Assembly (NCBI GenBank): GCA_951406725.2
Contig: OX597824.1
Span: forward strand, 57,784,001 to 57,848,000
DNA length: 64,000 bases
Direction: 5' to 3'
From: Octopus vulgaris
Taxonomy: Eukaryota
In this document: positions 14,472 through 28,789 of the stretch, piece after piece
Layout of the letters: each line of letters begins with the position of its first letter
Position numbering within the stretch: the first letter of the stretch is position 1
Program-made: the position numbers and the translations under genes
Notes under the pieces: model-generated
Database searches by the model: none
What the model was told of the DNA's origin: nothing
Seen by the model: only the letters and a program-made list of their open reading frames with translations

Positions 14472-15421
14472 TTATATATATGAAGAGAGAGAGAGAGAGA
14501 AAGAGAGAAAGAAAGTGAGCGAGAAAAAGAGAGAGAAGTGAGACTATATATATATGTTGACCTTTTCCGTCGTTGGTCGACGGTGTGGCTGAAGCAGTAT
14601 TCCAACCAACTCTACCTGAACTGTTTGCAGAAGCAAGTACCTACATCACAATTCAGGAATACGCCACAATTGAAAGATATGTCAATACGTTCGCCATATC
14701 CATGGGTCCACTATAGATTGTTTGCAGAGGTTTACTCTAAAAGCTCACAATGTAACTTCGATCTATTATTGTGATAGGTCTGCTTAGTGCGAACTCGGTC
14801 CCACACTACTACTTTAGAGTTTTATTACAGTTGTATTGGTCTGGTGCAACAAGTGCCACGAGACCAGTAGTTATCAGAATGCATGATTTGTATGGAATTA
14901 TCTTCTCTTAGATGAGAAGCAAAAAGCTGAAGGGCTACATCAGTTCTACATCTGTTGGGATATCTTTGAGTAGCTTATTAACCCATACCTCAGACCAGAC
15001 ATATGCTAAAATATCGGGAGAGAGTAGACCAGGGAATAATAGTGGCAAAATGATGACTCCACACTCATCAAACCCTTTAATTCCCGAAACCAAGGCTCCA
15101 AAACCAGATGCAATCATACCTAAGACAAGATATTTCTCGCTGTCCCTCTCTCTACTTATCTATCTATCAATCTAGATAGTCTAAATTTATGTGTGTATGT
15201 ATGTATGGATGGGTATATATGATAATAGCACTTTATTGACTCTCATCGGGATCTGCTGCTCTGTTAAGTAAAGTTCTGAGTAACCGTTTGTGAATTTTTT
15301 CGGTTTTAACAATATTGTCCTCTACATTTGGTAATAGAGTGCTATTTTCTCCGCTTTATTTTGCACCTATATGTGAATATATATCTCTACAATAAGCATT
15401 TAATGATAATGCATGTTTACT

Positions 15422-15461
<40 letters not shown>

Positions 15462-15510
15462 CTCTAAAATCTCCCAATGTAACTTTGATCTATTACATTA
15501 TATATGTGTG

Positions 15511-15557
<47 letters not shown>

Positions 15558-15877
15558 TTATACATACATATGTGTATATATATAATTACATATATATACT
15601 TGGATGTAAATATTTAATGTGTATTAATTTAAATAATGCTATATTTTGCAGATATACATATTTAGATACTTTGTGATATATATATATATATATATATATA
15701 CTTATACATACAAATGTGTTTATATATTCACAAACACATGTATTTACATAATTACACACACACATATATATACATACATATGTATGTATATATATATATA
15801 TAAAAAATCCACAATGTGTATTAATATAAATGATCTTATATTTTACAGGTATATGTATTCATATATTTTGTAATATA

Positions 15878-15928
<51 letters not shown>

Positions 15929-15937
15929 GGCTGAGTG

Positions 15938-16021
<84 letters not shown>

Positions 16022-16100
16022 TAGATAGATAGATAGATAGATAGTTATATATATATATATACATACATATAGATATATATATATATACATATATATATAC

Positions 16101-16179
<79 letters not shown>

Positions 16180-16233
16180 CATATACATATGATTTTATTA
16201 TTATATATATATCTTATATATGCTGCACGGAAT

Positions 16234-16284
16234 TTTGTCAGTGAACAGGTCGCGGTCTCAAAGCGACGAAAATATTTTGGCAAA
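16234..16284 (+). ncRNA. Hammerhead motif with G3-C8 swapped core pair
   Basis: tttgtca-GTGAACA-g-gtcgc(ggtctcaaa)gcgac-GAA-AATATT-T-tggcaaa; 7-bp stem I, 5-bp stem II, palindromic stem III; part of a repeat (about 16220-16435) also present at 51770-52047. Confidence 0.6.
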
Positions 16285-16550
16285 TTAAATTTAAATGCTG
16301 AAGTGAATCTAACGGTTTTCTTTTTTGTGTGTGTTTCTTAAATGGCTTATAAATACCTTCAACGCTGCAATTATTTTCGTTCCAGCACACGATCACAGAT
16401 CAGGTCACTTGCTATGCAAGTATTTCTCCGTAATATTATATATATATACATCTAATTTTGTACTAAACATATATAAAAATATACATAATGTATTCCTATA
16501 TGTGTTACATTTACATGTTATATACATATATAACAGGAATACGTTCTTAC

Positions 16551-16586
<36 letters not shown>

Positions 16587-16817
16587 TCCTATCTTATATG
16601 CGTATAATAAATTTATATTATGTGAAAATGTTTATATATTCACATTGTCTGTTTCATTATTTACTTGCATATGTGAGTATTCCTGCATTTGACCGTGTGG
16701 CAGTGTTTATATATACAAAAAACACGTAAGACATGATTGCACTTATATATTTTTATATACGTGTGTGTATACATACACTTGTATGATGTGTGTATTTATA
16801 TGTATGTATGTATATAC

Positions 16818-16895
<78 letters not shown>

Positions 16896-17544
16896 GTATG
16901 TATATATATATATTCAAGTATGTATATATATATATATATACGTTTGTATATCTATCTATCTATCTATCTCTTGTTTCAGTCATACGCAGCCATCCCGCTG
17001 TGAAATATGAACCGGGATCCATTCGTTCACGACCAATACTTTTCCTAAAGTCTACTTACTTTTCTTAAAGCCTAGTACTTATTCTATCGGTTCTGGTTTG
17101 GCGCGCGCTATATTATGGGGACATAAGCAGACAAATACCGGTTTTCAAGTGGCGTTGGTTGACAAACACCGGCTCCAAGATAAACAAACACACACACACA
17201 TCTACCAAGGACAACTCAAGTAGAGAATTATTGGTGTTCAAATTTTCAGTCGGATGGCATTTCTGGGAGGAATTTGCCCAGGTATCTTTTGAATGCTACG
17301 CGTTCTTCGTCTTAGATATTTTTCTCGATACACAAACTAAAATCTATTAGAATTTAACAATAATAATGATTAGGTGTGTTAACAGGAAGCTACAAATATT
17401 AGGATATAGTGTAATCTATTTAACGATCTTCGTATATAACTGGTATTTATGAACGCTGAACGGTAGTCAATTGTTTGCCTTAGTAATATAATCAGCAATC
17501 TGGTGCTGCAACAGATAAAATACGTTCCGATACGAAGTTACAGT

Positions 17545-17675
17545 TGAAGTCGACTTTACCTCTCATCCTTTCGGAGTCGATAAATTAAGTACCAGTTGAG
17601 TACTGAGATCGATATAATCGACTATACCCCTCCCCCAAATTTCAGGCCGTGTGCCTATAGTAGCAAGGATTAAGT
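17545..17675 (+). mobile_element. SINE family B, 3' part
   Basis: gtcgactttacctctcatcctttcggagtcgataaattaagtaccagttg...ttcaggccgtgtgcctatagtag matches 54386-54600. Confidence 0.8.
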
Positions 17676-18007
17676 TACACTTGGTAAAGTTCTGAGTTCG
17701 AACAGCAGTGAAGTGTAGTTTGTCTCCAGTCCTTTTACGGTCTCTAAAAATGCCCTAAGAGATTGTATCTCTGGAAACCATCAGCGATAGTGAGACTTGC
17801 AAAGTGGATTGTTTTGGTGTTACTCTCTTCGTCAGAACAAATATTTAGATTTGTATTTTAGACTCATATATATATTACAGCGTTGACGTAAATATCCTTA
17901 CCAGTAGGAACTAAAGAATAATACCTTACGGGTGAATTCGACAAATTAAACATACATTTAGTAGTGCAACAAATTTGAAACATACCTTATATATATGTGT
18001 ATATATA

Positions 18008-18077
<70 letters not shown>

Positions 18078-18764
18078 TATATATATATATGAATATATAT
18101 ATATGTATATAAGTGTATGAGATTATAGAGACCCGTTTAGCAGGTGATTTCTAGCTTTCCCCTCCAACATCAAGGCGGTAGTTGTTTTCTATAGCACAAA
18201 TTTTGATTAAATAGACAAGATGTTTTCTTTTTATATTTCCCCGTAAATGCTAAATATCATAAAAGTGATAAAACTGAAATATTAACCTTTTCAGTTACAT
18301 TGACATCACACACACACACACGCGCACACACACACACACACACATCATACTGTATCATGTATTATAGATAAATAGGAATATATACATATGTGTATGGAAA
18401 CACACCCACCCACACATACGCGCGCACACACACCAATATATATACACACCCACCCACATACACATTTATGTATGAATACTAATGTACACACATATACACC
18501 CATACATACTTACATGCATAGACAATATACAGTCCTGCAATTTTATCAATTGTTGAATTTATATTAAGTTAAATTTAGTGACACGAAAATACACATTATT
18601 ATATATAAATGTCATTATCTATATATCAAATATATATGATATTAACCATATATATATTTATATATGAATGTGCATGTAAATGCATATTTAACCATATGTA
18701 TTCATATAGGCATTTATATATATACATTGTTTTCTTTATGCATTTATCATATTTTATTTATATA

Positions 18765-18815
<51 letters not shown>

Positions 18816-19214
18816 GCATACATCATAGGAGGAGATCGATAGTTATATTTCCCTATGTTTCGTTGTTTAAACGCAAAACAGATTTCATCAAGTATTTTGT
18901 TGATCAAAAGCACGGCACCTATGGCGATGCCAATTCATCGAGGTTATAAGCAGGCAGACGTTCTCTCTTTGAGGGTTTGATTTGTGGTAAAAATGGCTAC
19001 CATTTCTAAATTTTAAAACAATCACGTATGTCTTCAAGATATTATTTACGTTATGTACGTTACACATATACTTATATATATGTGTGTGTATACATACTTG
19101 TATATATATATATATGTATAGATATATATATATATATATATGTAGATATATATGTATGTATATATATATATGTGTGTATGTATGTATGTATGTATGTATA
19201 TATGTATGTATATA

Positions 19215-19279
<65 letters not shown>

Positions 19280-19348
19280 GTGTGTGCGTACAGACCGCTG
19301 AAATCTTCAATTTTTTTTCATTCTCTCTCTGTTTACTTTCACCTATTT

Positions 19349-19384
19349 CTTTCTGTTGAAGAGCATAGGCTCGAAACGTAAAAG
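19349..19384 (+). ncRNA. Minimal hammerhead-like motif (A6U variant) in a short repeat at about 19292-19465
   Basis: cttt-CTGTTGA-a-gagc(atag)gctc-GAAAC-GTA-aaag; a related truncated copy lies at about 13412-13535 (-). Confidence 0.55.
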
Positions 19385-19471
19385 ACATTTCTCCGAGTTT
19401 CAAACAAATATACTTGGTTGTTGTTCATACACATGTCTTCATCTTTTGTTTTTCTATAAACATCTACTATG

Positions 19472-19504
<33 letters not shown>

Positions 19505-19664
19505 GTATGTATGTTCGTATGTATATGTGTGTGTGTGTTTGTGTCTGTGTATACTTTATTATGAAAGCTGTAAAGACTTTGCAGCTTTAATAATAAACCA
19601 TATTACTCTAGCTCCAGCATTCGAGTACTATTTTTCTCACCTTCTTTCACATTTATGTGCTTAT

Positions 19665-19709
<45 letters not shown>

Positions 19710-19734
19710 CATTTATAACTCCTATATCTTCCAT

Positions 19735-20105
19735 CTTTTAGTTGTTTCACTCATTAGACTGCGACCGTACTGGAGCAAAACTTGGAAGAAATTTTATTTG
19801 AGTAAATCGACTCCTTTAAATTTTTTTTTAAAAAGCGTATCGATGGATAATTGAAAATATCCATCGATATCTTTTGCAGAACAGCTAAATTACGAGGACG
19901 CAAACAAACCAATACCAGTTGTCAATCGGTATTGAGGACACACACGACGAGCTTCTTTCAGTTTCTCTTTATCAAATCCACTCACAAAGCATTATTTGGC
20001 ACAAGGCTATATGATAGAGTCACTTTCCCAAGGTGCCACGCAATGCGATTAAACACGGAACTATGTTGTTGAAAAGCAGACATCTTACCACACCGACATG
20101 CCTGC
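19735..20105 (-). mobile_element. SINE family A, old diverged copy
   Basis: Tail, body and head are recognisable on the reverse strand. Confidence 0.7.
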
Positions 20106-20514
20106 ACCCCTGATATTTATAAATATATATAAACTTATATATATATATATATATATATATACATACACTCACACGCACACACATATATATATACAATTAT
20201 AAATACATATTTTTACATATATATACATTTATACAAAATACACGCGCGTGTATACGTTAATGTTTATATCCGAGTAATTCCTTTGTATTTATTTGCATGG
20301 TTTTTCTCCTGTAAATGACTCATAGAAACAAGATACTGATACAAATATGTGTATGTGCCTGAACGCATGTGTGAGTGAGTGCGCTGGCAGGTATATACAT
20401 ACATATGTACATTTGTTTATGTTGTTCACACATATACATGCATATAATTTCGAGTACATATGCGTATATATATATATATATCTTTGAGGTCATATGCATG
20501 TGTATGTATTTGTT

Positions 20515-20565
<51 letters not shown>

Positions 20566-21156
20566 GTATGTACGTATGTATGCATGTAGGTATGCATATA
20601 TAGAGTGGGGATTCTAGATGATTCAGTGATCAAAATTTCAGCAGAAAACGGTCTGTGAAAAACGACCATCACGTTTTTCACATGGCTGCCTGTGTACAAG
20701 GTCAAAGCTGAAAATCTACAGTATCATTCTTTATCTCTCGTCTTCACCTTATCCTTATCGCTGCAGGAATTATAACAGCCTATATACTTAATATTATTAT
20801 ATCAAACATCTATAGATTTGGTGCAACAATTGTCAAGGAGCAGTGGTTGTCAGGTGCAGGATTTGCATGAATTGGCCTTCTCTTAGTGGAGCAGCTAAAG
20901 AACTGAATGTACTCATCTGCACTAGGTCTGTTTCTATGTGAACATCTTCCGGAGGCATTTTTTGAATACTGAATAACACATATTTTGGAAACTGATTGGT
21001 GCTGTTACTCCGACTGAGAATAGACCAGAGAACAGCAGTTACTAACAAGTAGCTCCACACTCTTCAAGACACTGGGTACCATTACAAGAAGTAATTTAGC
21101 TGATACCCAGGACAATGTATGTATATATAAAGTATGTGTGTGTGTACACATATATT

Positions 21157-21228
<72 letters not shown>

Positions 21229-21229
<1 letters not shown>

Positions 21230-21772
21230 ATTGAAGCAATCCAGAGAAGATTCACAAAGAGTATCGTCTCTTTGCAACAGCTCAGCTACTGGGAAAGGTT
21301 GAAACAGCTAAGACTCTACTCCCTGGAGAGAAGACGGGAGAGGTATGCAGTAATATATATCTGGAAGATCCTGGAAGGAATTGTGCCAAATTTTGGCATT
21401 GAAAGCTACACCAATGCTAGAACGGGACGACACTGCATAGTGCCAAAGGTCCCAGCAATGCCATCACGCTTCAGGACCAGTTACTGCAACAGCCTGGGTT
21501 TCCAGGGCCCACAGTTTTTTAATATTCTCCCAAAGAGTTTGAGGAACTTGCACAAAGTAGATGTAGGGGTTTTTAAATCAAAGCTTGACCTTTTCCTGTC
21601 GAGAGTCCCAGATGAACCTACCTCACGGCAAGAGGTGCAAATGAGGGTAGCTATATCAAACTCCATTCTTCACCAAGTGCCATATATTAGAGGAAGCTCT
21701 TAGTAATAACAGTGTAGCACAAAACGGCGGTGCATCAGCATGGCCGCAGCTCTGAGCTGAAATGAGAAAAAA
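21229..21772 (+). mobile_element. CR1-group LINE 3' end (ORF2 C-terminus plus 3' UTR)
   Basis: EAIQRRFTK..SYWERLKQLRLYSLERRRERY..IWKILEG..FNILPK..FKSKLD, typical of the post-RT domain of CR1/L2-group LINEs; frame open to the stop at 21703. Confidence 0.88.
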
Positions 21773-21959
21773 AATATATATATATGTGTATATATGTTAA
21801 TGAAGGTACCTATACATATATGCATGTACATATACAAATACACATGTATATATACACATATTTTTTGAAGGCATATACATATGTGTGCGTGTTTGTTATA
21901 TGTATATATATATATATTTGCACGCACACACACATGCATACATGTATATTCACGTATAT

Positions 21960-22627
<668 letters not shown>

Positions 22628-23383
22628 TGGATAGACTAATTTATGTTCCGGTTCACATGTCTCTGAATTCAGTTCACGCTGTCTTTTCATCCCTTCGCGT
22701 TCAACAAATTGATTACCACTCCTACCCTGGAATTATTTTCTTGCTTACTTTCTTAGTATCTCTCTTTTTCTCTCCCTTGTAAAGAATTGTCTGGGGCCGA
22801 CTTGGAGAGGGATGGCTTCCAACATGTCTAAAATGCCCAATACATGAGACGTTTCTATGACACCGTCAAGGAGTTAAGGATCTAAAGCACTGTAATGAGT
22901 ATATGGCAGATTCATTAGTCGGATGGTTATAACAAATTCCGTTTTTTAACTTTTTATTAATAAGCATAAAATTTTGATTTGTTTATTATATAATATTAGG
23001 TAGTCACACAAAATGTTTTATTTATCATTTTGCAACAAATCTGAAATAATCTGTCCAGTTTCTTGCTCAGTTAGAGTTCATGAAAGAGGCAATACCTATC
23101 TTCCAATCGCGGAGAGAAGAGTAGTCGTGAGTTATATAGTGAGTATGAAACAAAAAATGCAATTACATTGCTCAGTCAACTTGTAGCTAATAGAAGCTAG
23201 AAAGCAGGATATTGAGTCTAATAGTAGCTTTTAAGGTGTATACAATCTGGGAAGCAGTTGTAGTTAGTTATATAGATTGTATACAAACCTAGGAAATAGA
23301 TAAAAGGTTCAGCTTAATTGTAGCTGTTAGTTATATTGGGCGTATACAACCTGGGAGGCATCTCATATGATCAGTCTAATAGT

Positions 23384-23421
<38 letters not shown>

Positions 23422-23439
23422 TGTGTGTGTGCGTGTATT

Positions 23440-24105
23440 CTTGAAATTCTTTAATTCTTTAAATTGTTTCAGCTTTAAAGCTGCGGTCATGCTGGGACAC
23501 CACCGTTGGCTGTGCTACACCGTTTTTGAAACCTCTGATATGTGACATTTGGTGAATGAGGGAGTTTGATATTGCTGCCCTCATCTGTGGTTCTTGCCGC
23601 GAGGTAGGCTCATCTGGAACCCTTGACAGGAGGCGATCCAGTTTTGATTTGAGGGTGCCTACATCCACACCATGCAGTTCTCTCAAGCATTTTGGAAGGA
23701 TATTGAAGATCTTCGCACTATCTGGTCCTGTATTTTGATGGTGATGCTGGGGTCTTTGTCATTCTGCAGTGGCACTCCGTTCTGCTGTTTGTGTAACTTT
23801 CAATACCAAAGTTTTGGTACAAGACCTTCCAGTATTTTCCAGATGTATATCACTGCATATCTTTCCTGTCTTCGCTCTAGGGAGAAGAGTTTTAACTCTT
23901 TCATCCTTTCCCAGTAGCTAATATGTTACATTGAGACAATTCTCGTTGTGTAGCTTCATTGGATTGCTTCGAGTTTCACCGTTAATTTTATACTATGTGG
24001 TGAACATAGTTGGGAGCAGTAGTCCAAGCGGCTGAGGACGTATGCCAACCAAAGGACCATCATAGATTCCTTTTCTCTCGTTTTGAGAGTTCGGAGGATC
24101 CATGC
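23440..24105 (-). mobile_element. CR1-group LINE 3' end, same family as 21229-21772
   Basis: ELHGVDVGTLKSKLDRLLSRVPDEPTSRQE..AAISNSLIHQ; tail of (ttaaagaa)-like repeats. Confidence 0.88.
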
Positions 24106-24138
24106 ATGCTTCCATCCATCCATTCATCCAACTATTAT

Positions 24139-24177
<39 letters not shown>

Positions 24178-24245
24178 CATACATACATATACATATACAT
24201 ACATACATACATACATACATACATACATACATACATACACACACA

Positions 24246-24308
<63 letters not shown>

Positions 24309-24399
24309 CTCAGGAAGTTGTAAGGCGGTTCAGGATAATTTGCATAACAGTGCAGGAACTTAGAAAAAAACTGGAATTAATAAACATATTACAAATTGA

Positions 24400-24565
24400 G
24401 GTGGCGAGCTGGCAAAAACAATAGCATGTTGGACAAAATACATAGAAGCATTTCGTCCGTTTTTAAGTTATGAGTTCCATTGATGTCGAGTTTGCCATTC
24501 ATCCCCGAGATCAATGTAATCGATTTACTCCTCCGCCGTATCTGTAGTAGAAAAGATTAATTATA
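24400..24565 (+). mobile_element. SINE family B, diverged copy
   Basis: ggtggcgagctggca..atttcgtccg..tgagttc..gtagaaaagatt. Confidence 0.7.
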
Positions 24566-24940
24566 TTACAAATTGCGGAAAACACACTGAGAATATATTA
24601 ATTAAACATGGACACCATACAGAAATATAGCTTCTTATGTAACTGGCTATATTAATTTATACATTCAGATTAAAACTATATTATAAAAACAGAGATATAT
24701 ATGTACACACATACACACACAAACAAACACACAGACATTATATATATATATGTACGTATATACATAAATGCATAAAGATATTCATGTGCATATGTATATC
24801 TGTGGATGCATATGTGCATGCATAAAGTGTTTATATATTTGTATATATTATATGTACATATATATAAGCATATATAGGTAATATATGTAATATATTTATT
24901 TACCTATCTATGCATACATACATACACATACATACATACA

Positions 24941-25022
<82 letters not shown>

Positions 25023-25024
<2 letters not shown>

Positions 25025-25231
25025 CTTTGTGACCTCGTGTGTACCGTTGTCGATTTTTTTCCTCTGTCTTCCCTTCTCTGGATCTTTCCTTCTCCCATGT
25101 TTCCGACGAAGAGCTCCGCTCGAAACGTTAAACCCTCCTTCTTTCCTTCTTTCCTGAGCGTCCAATAGTACTATATTTGTTCCACGTCCTCGCGTTGTTG
25201 TGTTTTTTTTTGTGTTTTCTTGTTTGGATTA

Positions 25232-25293
<62 letters not shown>

Positions 25294-25420
25294 CATATAT
25301 ATATATATGTATATATATGTATGTATGCATATATATATATTTACATAGGGAGAGTGAAAAAGACTGATTATCATATACTCTCATATGTATTTCCATTTTA
25401 CACATATATGTATGTATATC

Positions 25421-25460
<40 letters not shown>

Positions 25461-25833
25461 ATGTAGGTATATATATAAGCATAGCGTCGGTGTGGCTGTT
25501 TGGTAAGAAGCTTGCTTTGCAACCACAAGGTTTCGGGTTCAGTCACACTGTGTGGCACCTTGAGCAAGTGTCTTCTACAATAACCTCGGGCCGACCAAAA
25601 CCTTCTGAGTAGATTTGGTAGACAGAAACTGAAAGAAACATATATATATATATATATATATATGTAAAGTTAATCCAAACAAGAAAGCACAAAAAAACAC
25701 AACAACGCGAGGACGTGGAACAAATATAGTATTATTGGACGCTCAGGAAAGAAGGAAAGAAGGGGGGTTTAACGTTTCGAGCGGAGCTCTTCGTCGGAAA
25801 CATAGGAGAAGGAAAGATCCAGAGAAGGGAAGA
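25023..25833. mobile_element. Second inverted pair of the 3468-family hammerhead repeat (25023-25235 +, 25666-25833 -), interleaved with a SINE A copy
   Basis: gttt-CCGACGA-a-gagc(tcc)gctc-GAAAC-GTT-aaac at 25099-25133(+) and 25767-25801(-); SINE A head at 25483-25640 resumes at about 25835-25900. Confidence 0.75.
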
Positions 25834-25900
25834 CGTGCCTGTGCTTGTCCCCCCTACCACCATCGCTTGGCAACCGATGTTAGTATGTGTACTTTCCCGT

Positions 25901-26934
<1,034 letters not shown>

Positions 26935-27468
26935 TTGTGTATGGATACGTATATATAAATACACACATACACATAATATACATATATATTGTTGCAGCAG
27001 TTCGTATTATTCTTTTTATATAATTATAATAATTATACCTAAATATATATATTGGAAGGATAAAAGTAGAATACGGTACTATGGGTTCTTGGTTGAAACA
27101 GCTGTAAGATATTATCCTACTTTCTATGTACTACGTTATATATTTTAATAATTACTGGTATTTTTATGTTTTATATATTATATATGTAAAGCAAAATATG
27201 TTATATATGTATGTATGTTGTTATAATTGTCTTTTTAGAAAATAAACATGATATAATGTCTAAAAGTTGATGAATACCACCTCTTCATCCTCTCCATTTT
27301 CTAATTGCTGTGTAAATTAAGGGTAAAATAACTTTCTACCCTTACCCATTATGTAATTGCCATGCAATAAAAAACACTTGTGTAGTAATAATGGGGTATT
27401 CTATCAGCAGTATATTGAAGAGATATTATCCCTTATTTGGTTGGATTCACAACCTCTAACTCTCTTGG

Positions 27469-27646
<178 letters not shown>

Positions 27647-28027
27647 ATTTATATATATATATATACACACGCAACACTCACAACTAATGAATGAAGTAAA
27701 ATCAAATCTAAAATCTAGCATGTATATGTAAATCATTAGTAATTTATTCAGTTTAAATTCAGCGGATCAATTTCCTGGAATTGTGAATGGAATGAATGAT
27801 TGTTATATAAGATGGACTGGGATTGGCGATGGTTTGTGAGTGATTTGCTGGTAACCAGTTGAAATGACTCACATCGTCAAATATTCAAAATATTGGTACC
27901 TTTGCGCTCGTCATACGCATACTCACACATGCATATATTGGTATATCTATGTATGTATGTAATTATGTATACGTGAATTTAGTTATATGTGTATATATAT
28001 ACATATGTGTGTGTGTGTGTGTGTGTG

Positions 28028-28335
28028 GAGGCACATGGCCTAGTGGTTTGAGCAGCGGACTCGCAGTCGGGGGATAGCGAGTTCGAATCTTAAACCGAGC
28101 GATGTGTGTGTTTATGAGCGTAACACTAAGGTCCACGCGGTTCCGGCAGAAGGCAATGGCGAACTTCTACTGACTCTTTCGCCGCAACATTCTCTCACTC
28201 TTTCCTCCTGTATCTTGCAGCTCACCTGCGACGGACTGGGGTCCCGTCCAGGTGGGGAACCTATGCACCAAGGAAACCTGGAAACTGGCCCAATAAGCCA
28301 GGCGTGGGTCTAGAAGGAACAAACAAACAAAAAAA
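28028..28335 (+). mobile_element. SINE family C (tRNA head, cctgcgacggactgg..cccgtccagg domain, (aaac)n tail)
   Basis: A box tggcctagtgg, B box gagttcgaatc; the internal motif resembles conserved SINE central domains (V/Meta-type, from memory). Confidence 0.7.
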
Positions 28336-28437
28336 CAATATATATATATCTGTGTGTGTGTGTGTGTGTGTGTGCGTGTGCGCGTGAATGCATGTATATA
28401 CATGTATATACATGGTTTATATATATGCATGTATGCA

Positions 28438-28630
28438 TGCTGGCAGATTGTTACCACACCTGACAAAATGCTTTGGTACATTTCGTCCGTCTTTACGTTC
28501 TGAGTTCAAATTCTGCCGAGGTTGACTTTCATCGGTTTGGGTCGATAAAATAAGAACCATTTAAGCACTGGGGTTGATGTAATCGAATTACACACTCCCC
28601 TGAAATTGGGCTAAAATCTGAAACCGATTT
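28438..28630 (+). mobile_element. SINE family B, diverged copy
   Basis: gctggcagattgtta..atttcgtccgtctttacgttctgagttcaaattctgccgagg. Confidence 0.75.
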
Positions 28631-28789
28631 TGATGAGCCACTTGTTTGGTAGCAAGTTTGTGAAAAATTTTGTTTTATTCATCATCCATTAAATCTTAAA
28701 AGTCTTACAGTTTTTTTTAGTCCCAGATATTGTACTCATTTGTTGTGAATGAATTAAGGTTTTGCCTTCTCTCCCCGAGAACCTATGTT

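Noticed and set aside
14538-15175. Complex-sequence ORFs (also 20833-21060) as host exons
   Set aside because: Short, no recognisable motifs or consistent splice sites; more likely old repeat remnants
17250-17281. AG/GT-bounded micro-exon candidates (also 41994-42053)
   Set aside because: Such sites arise by chance in AT-rich DNA; no homology or frame evidence
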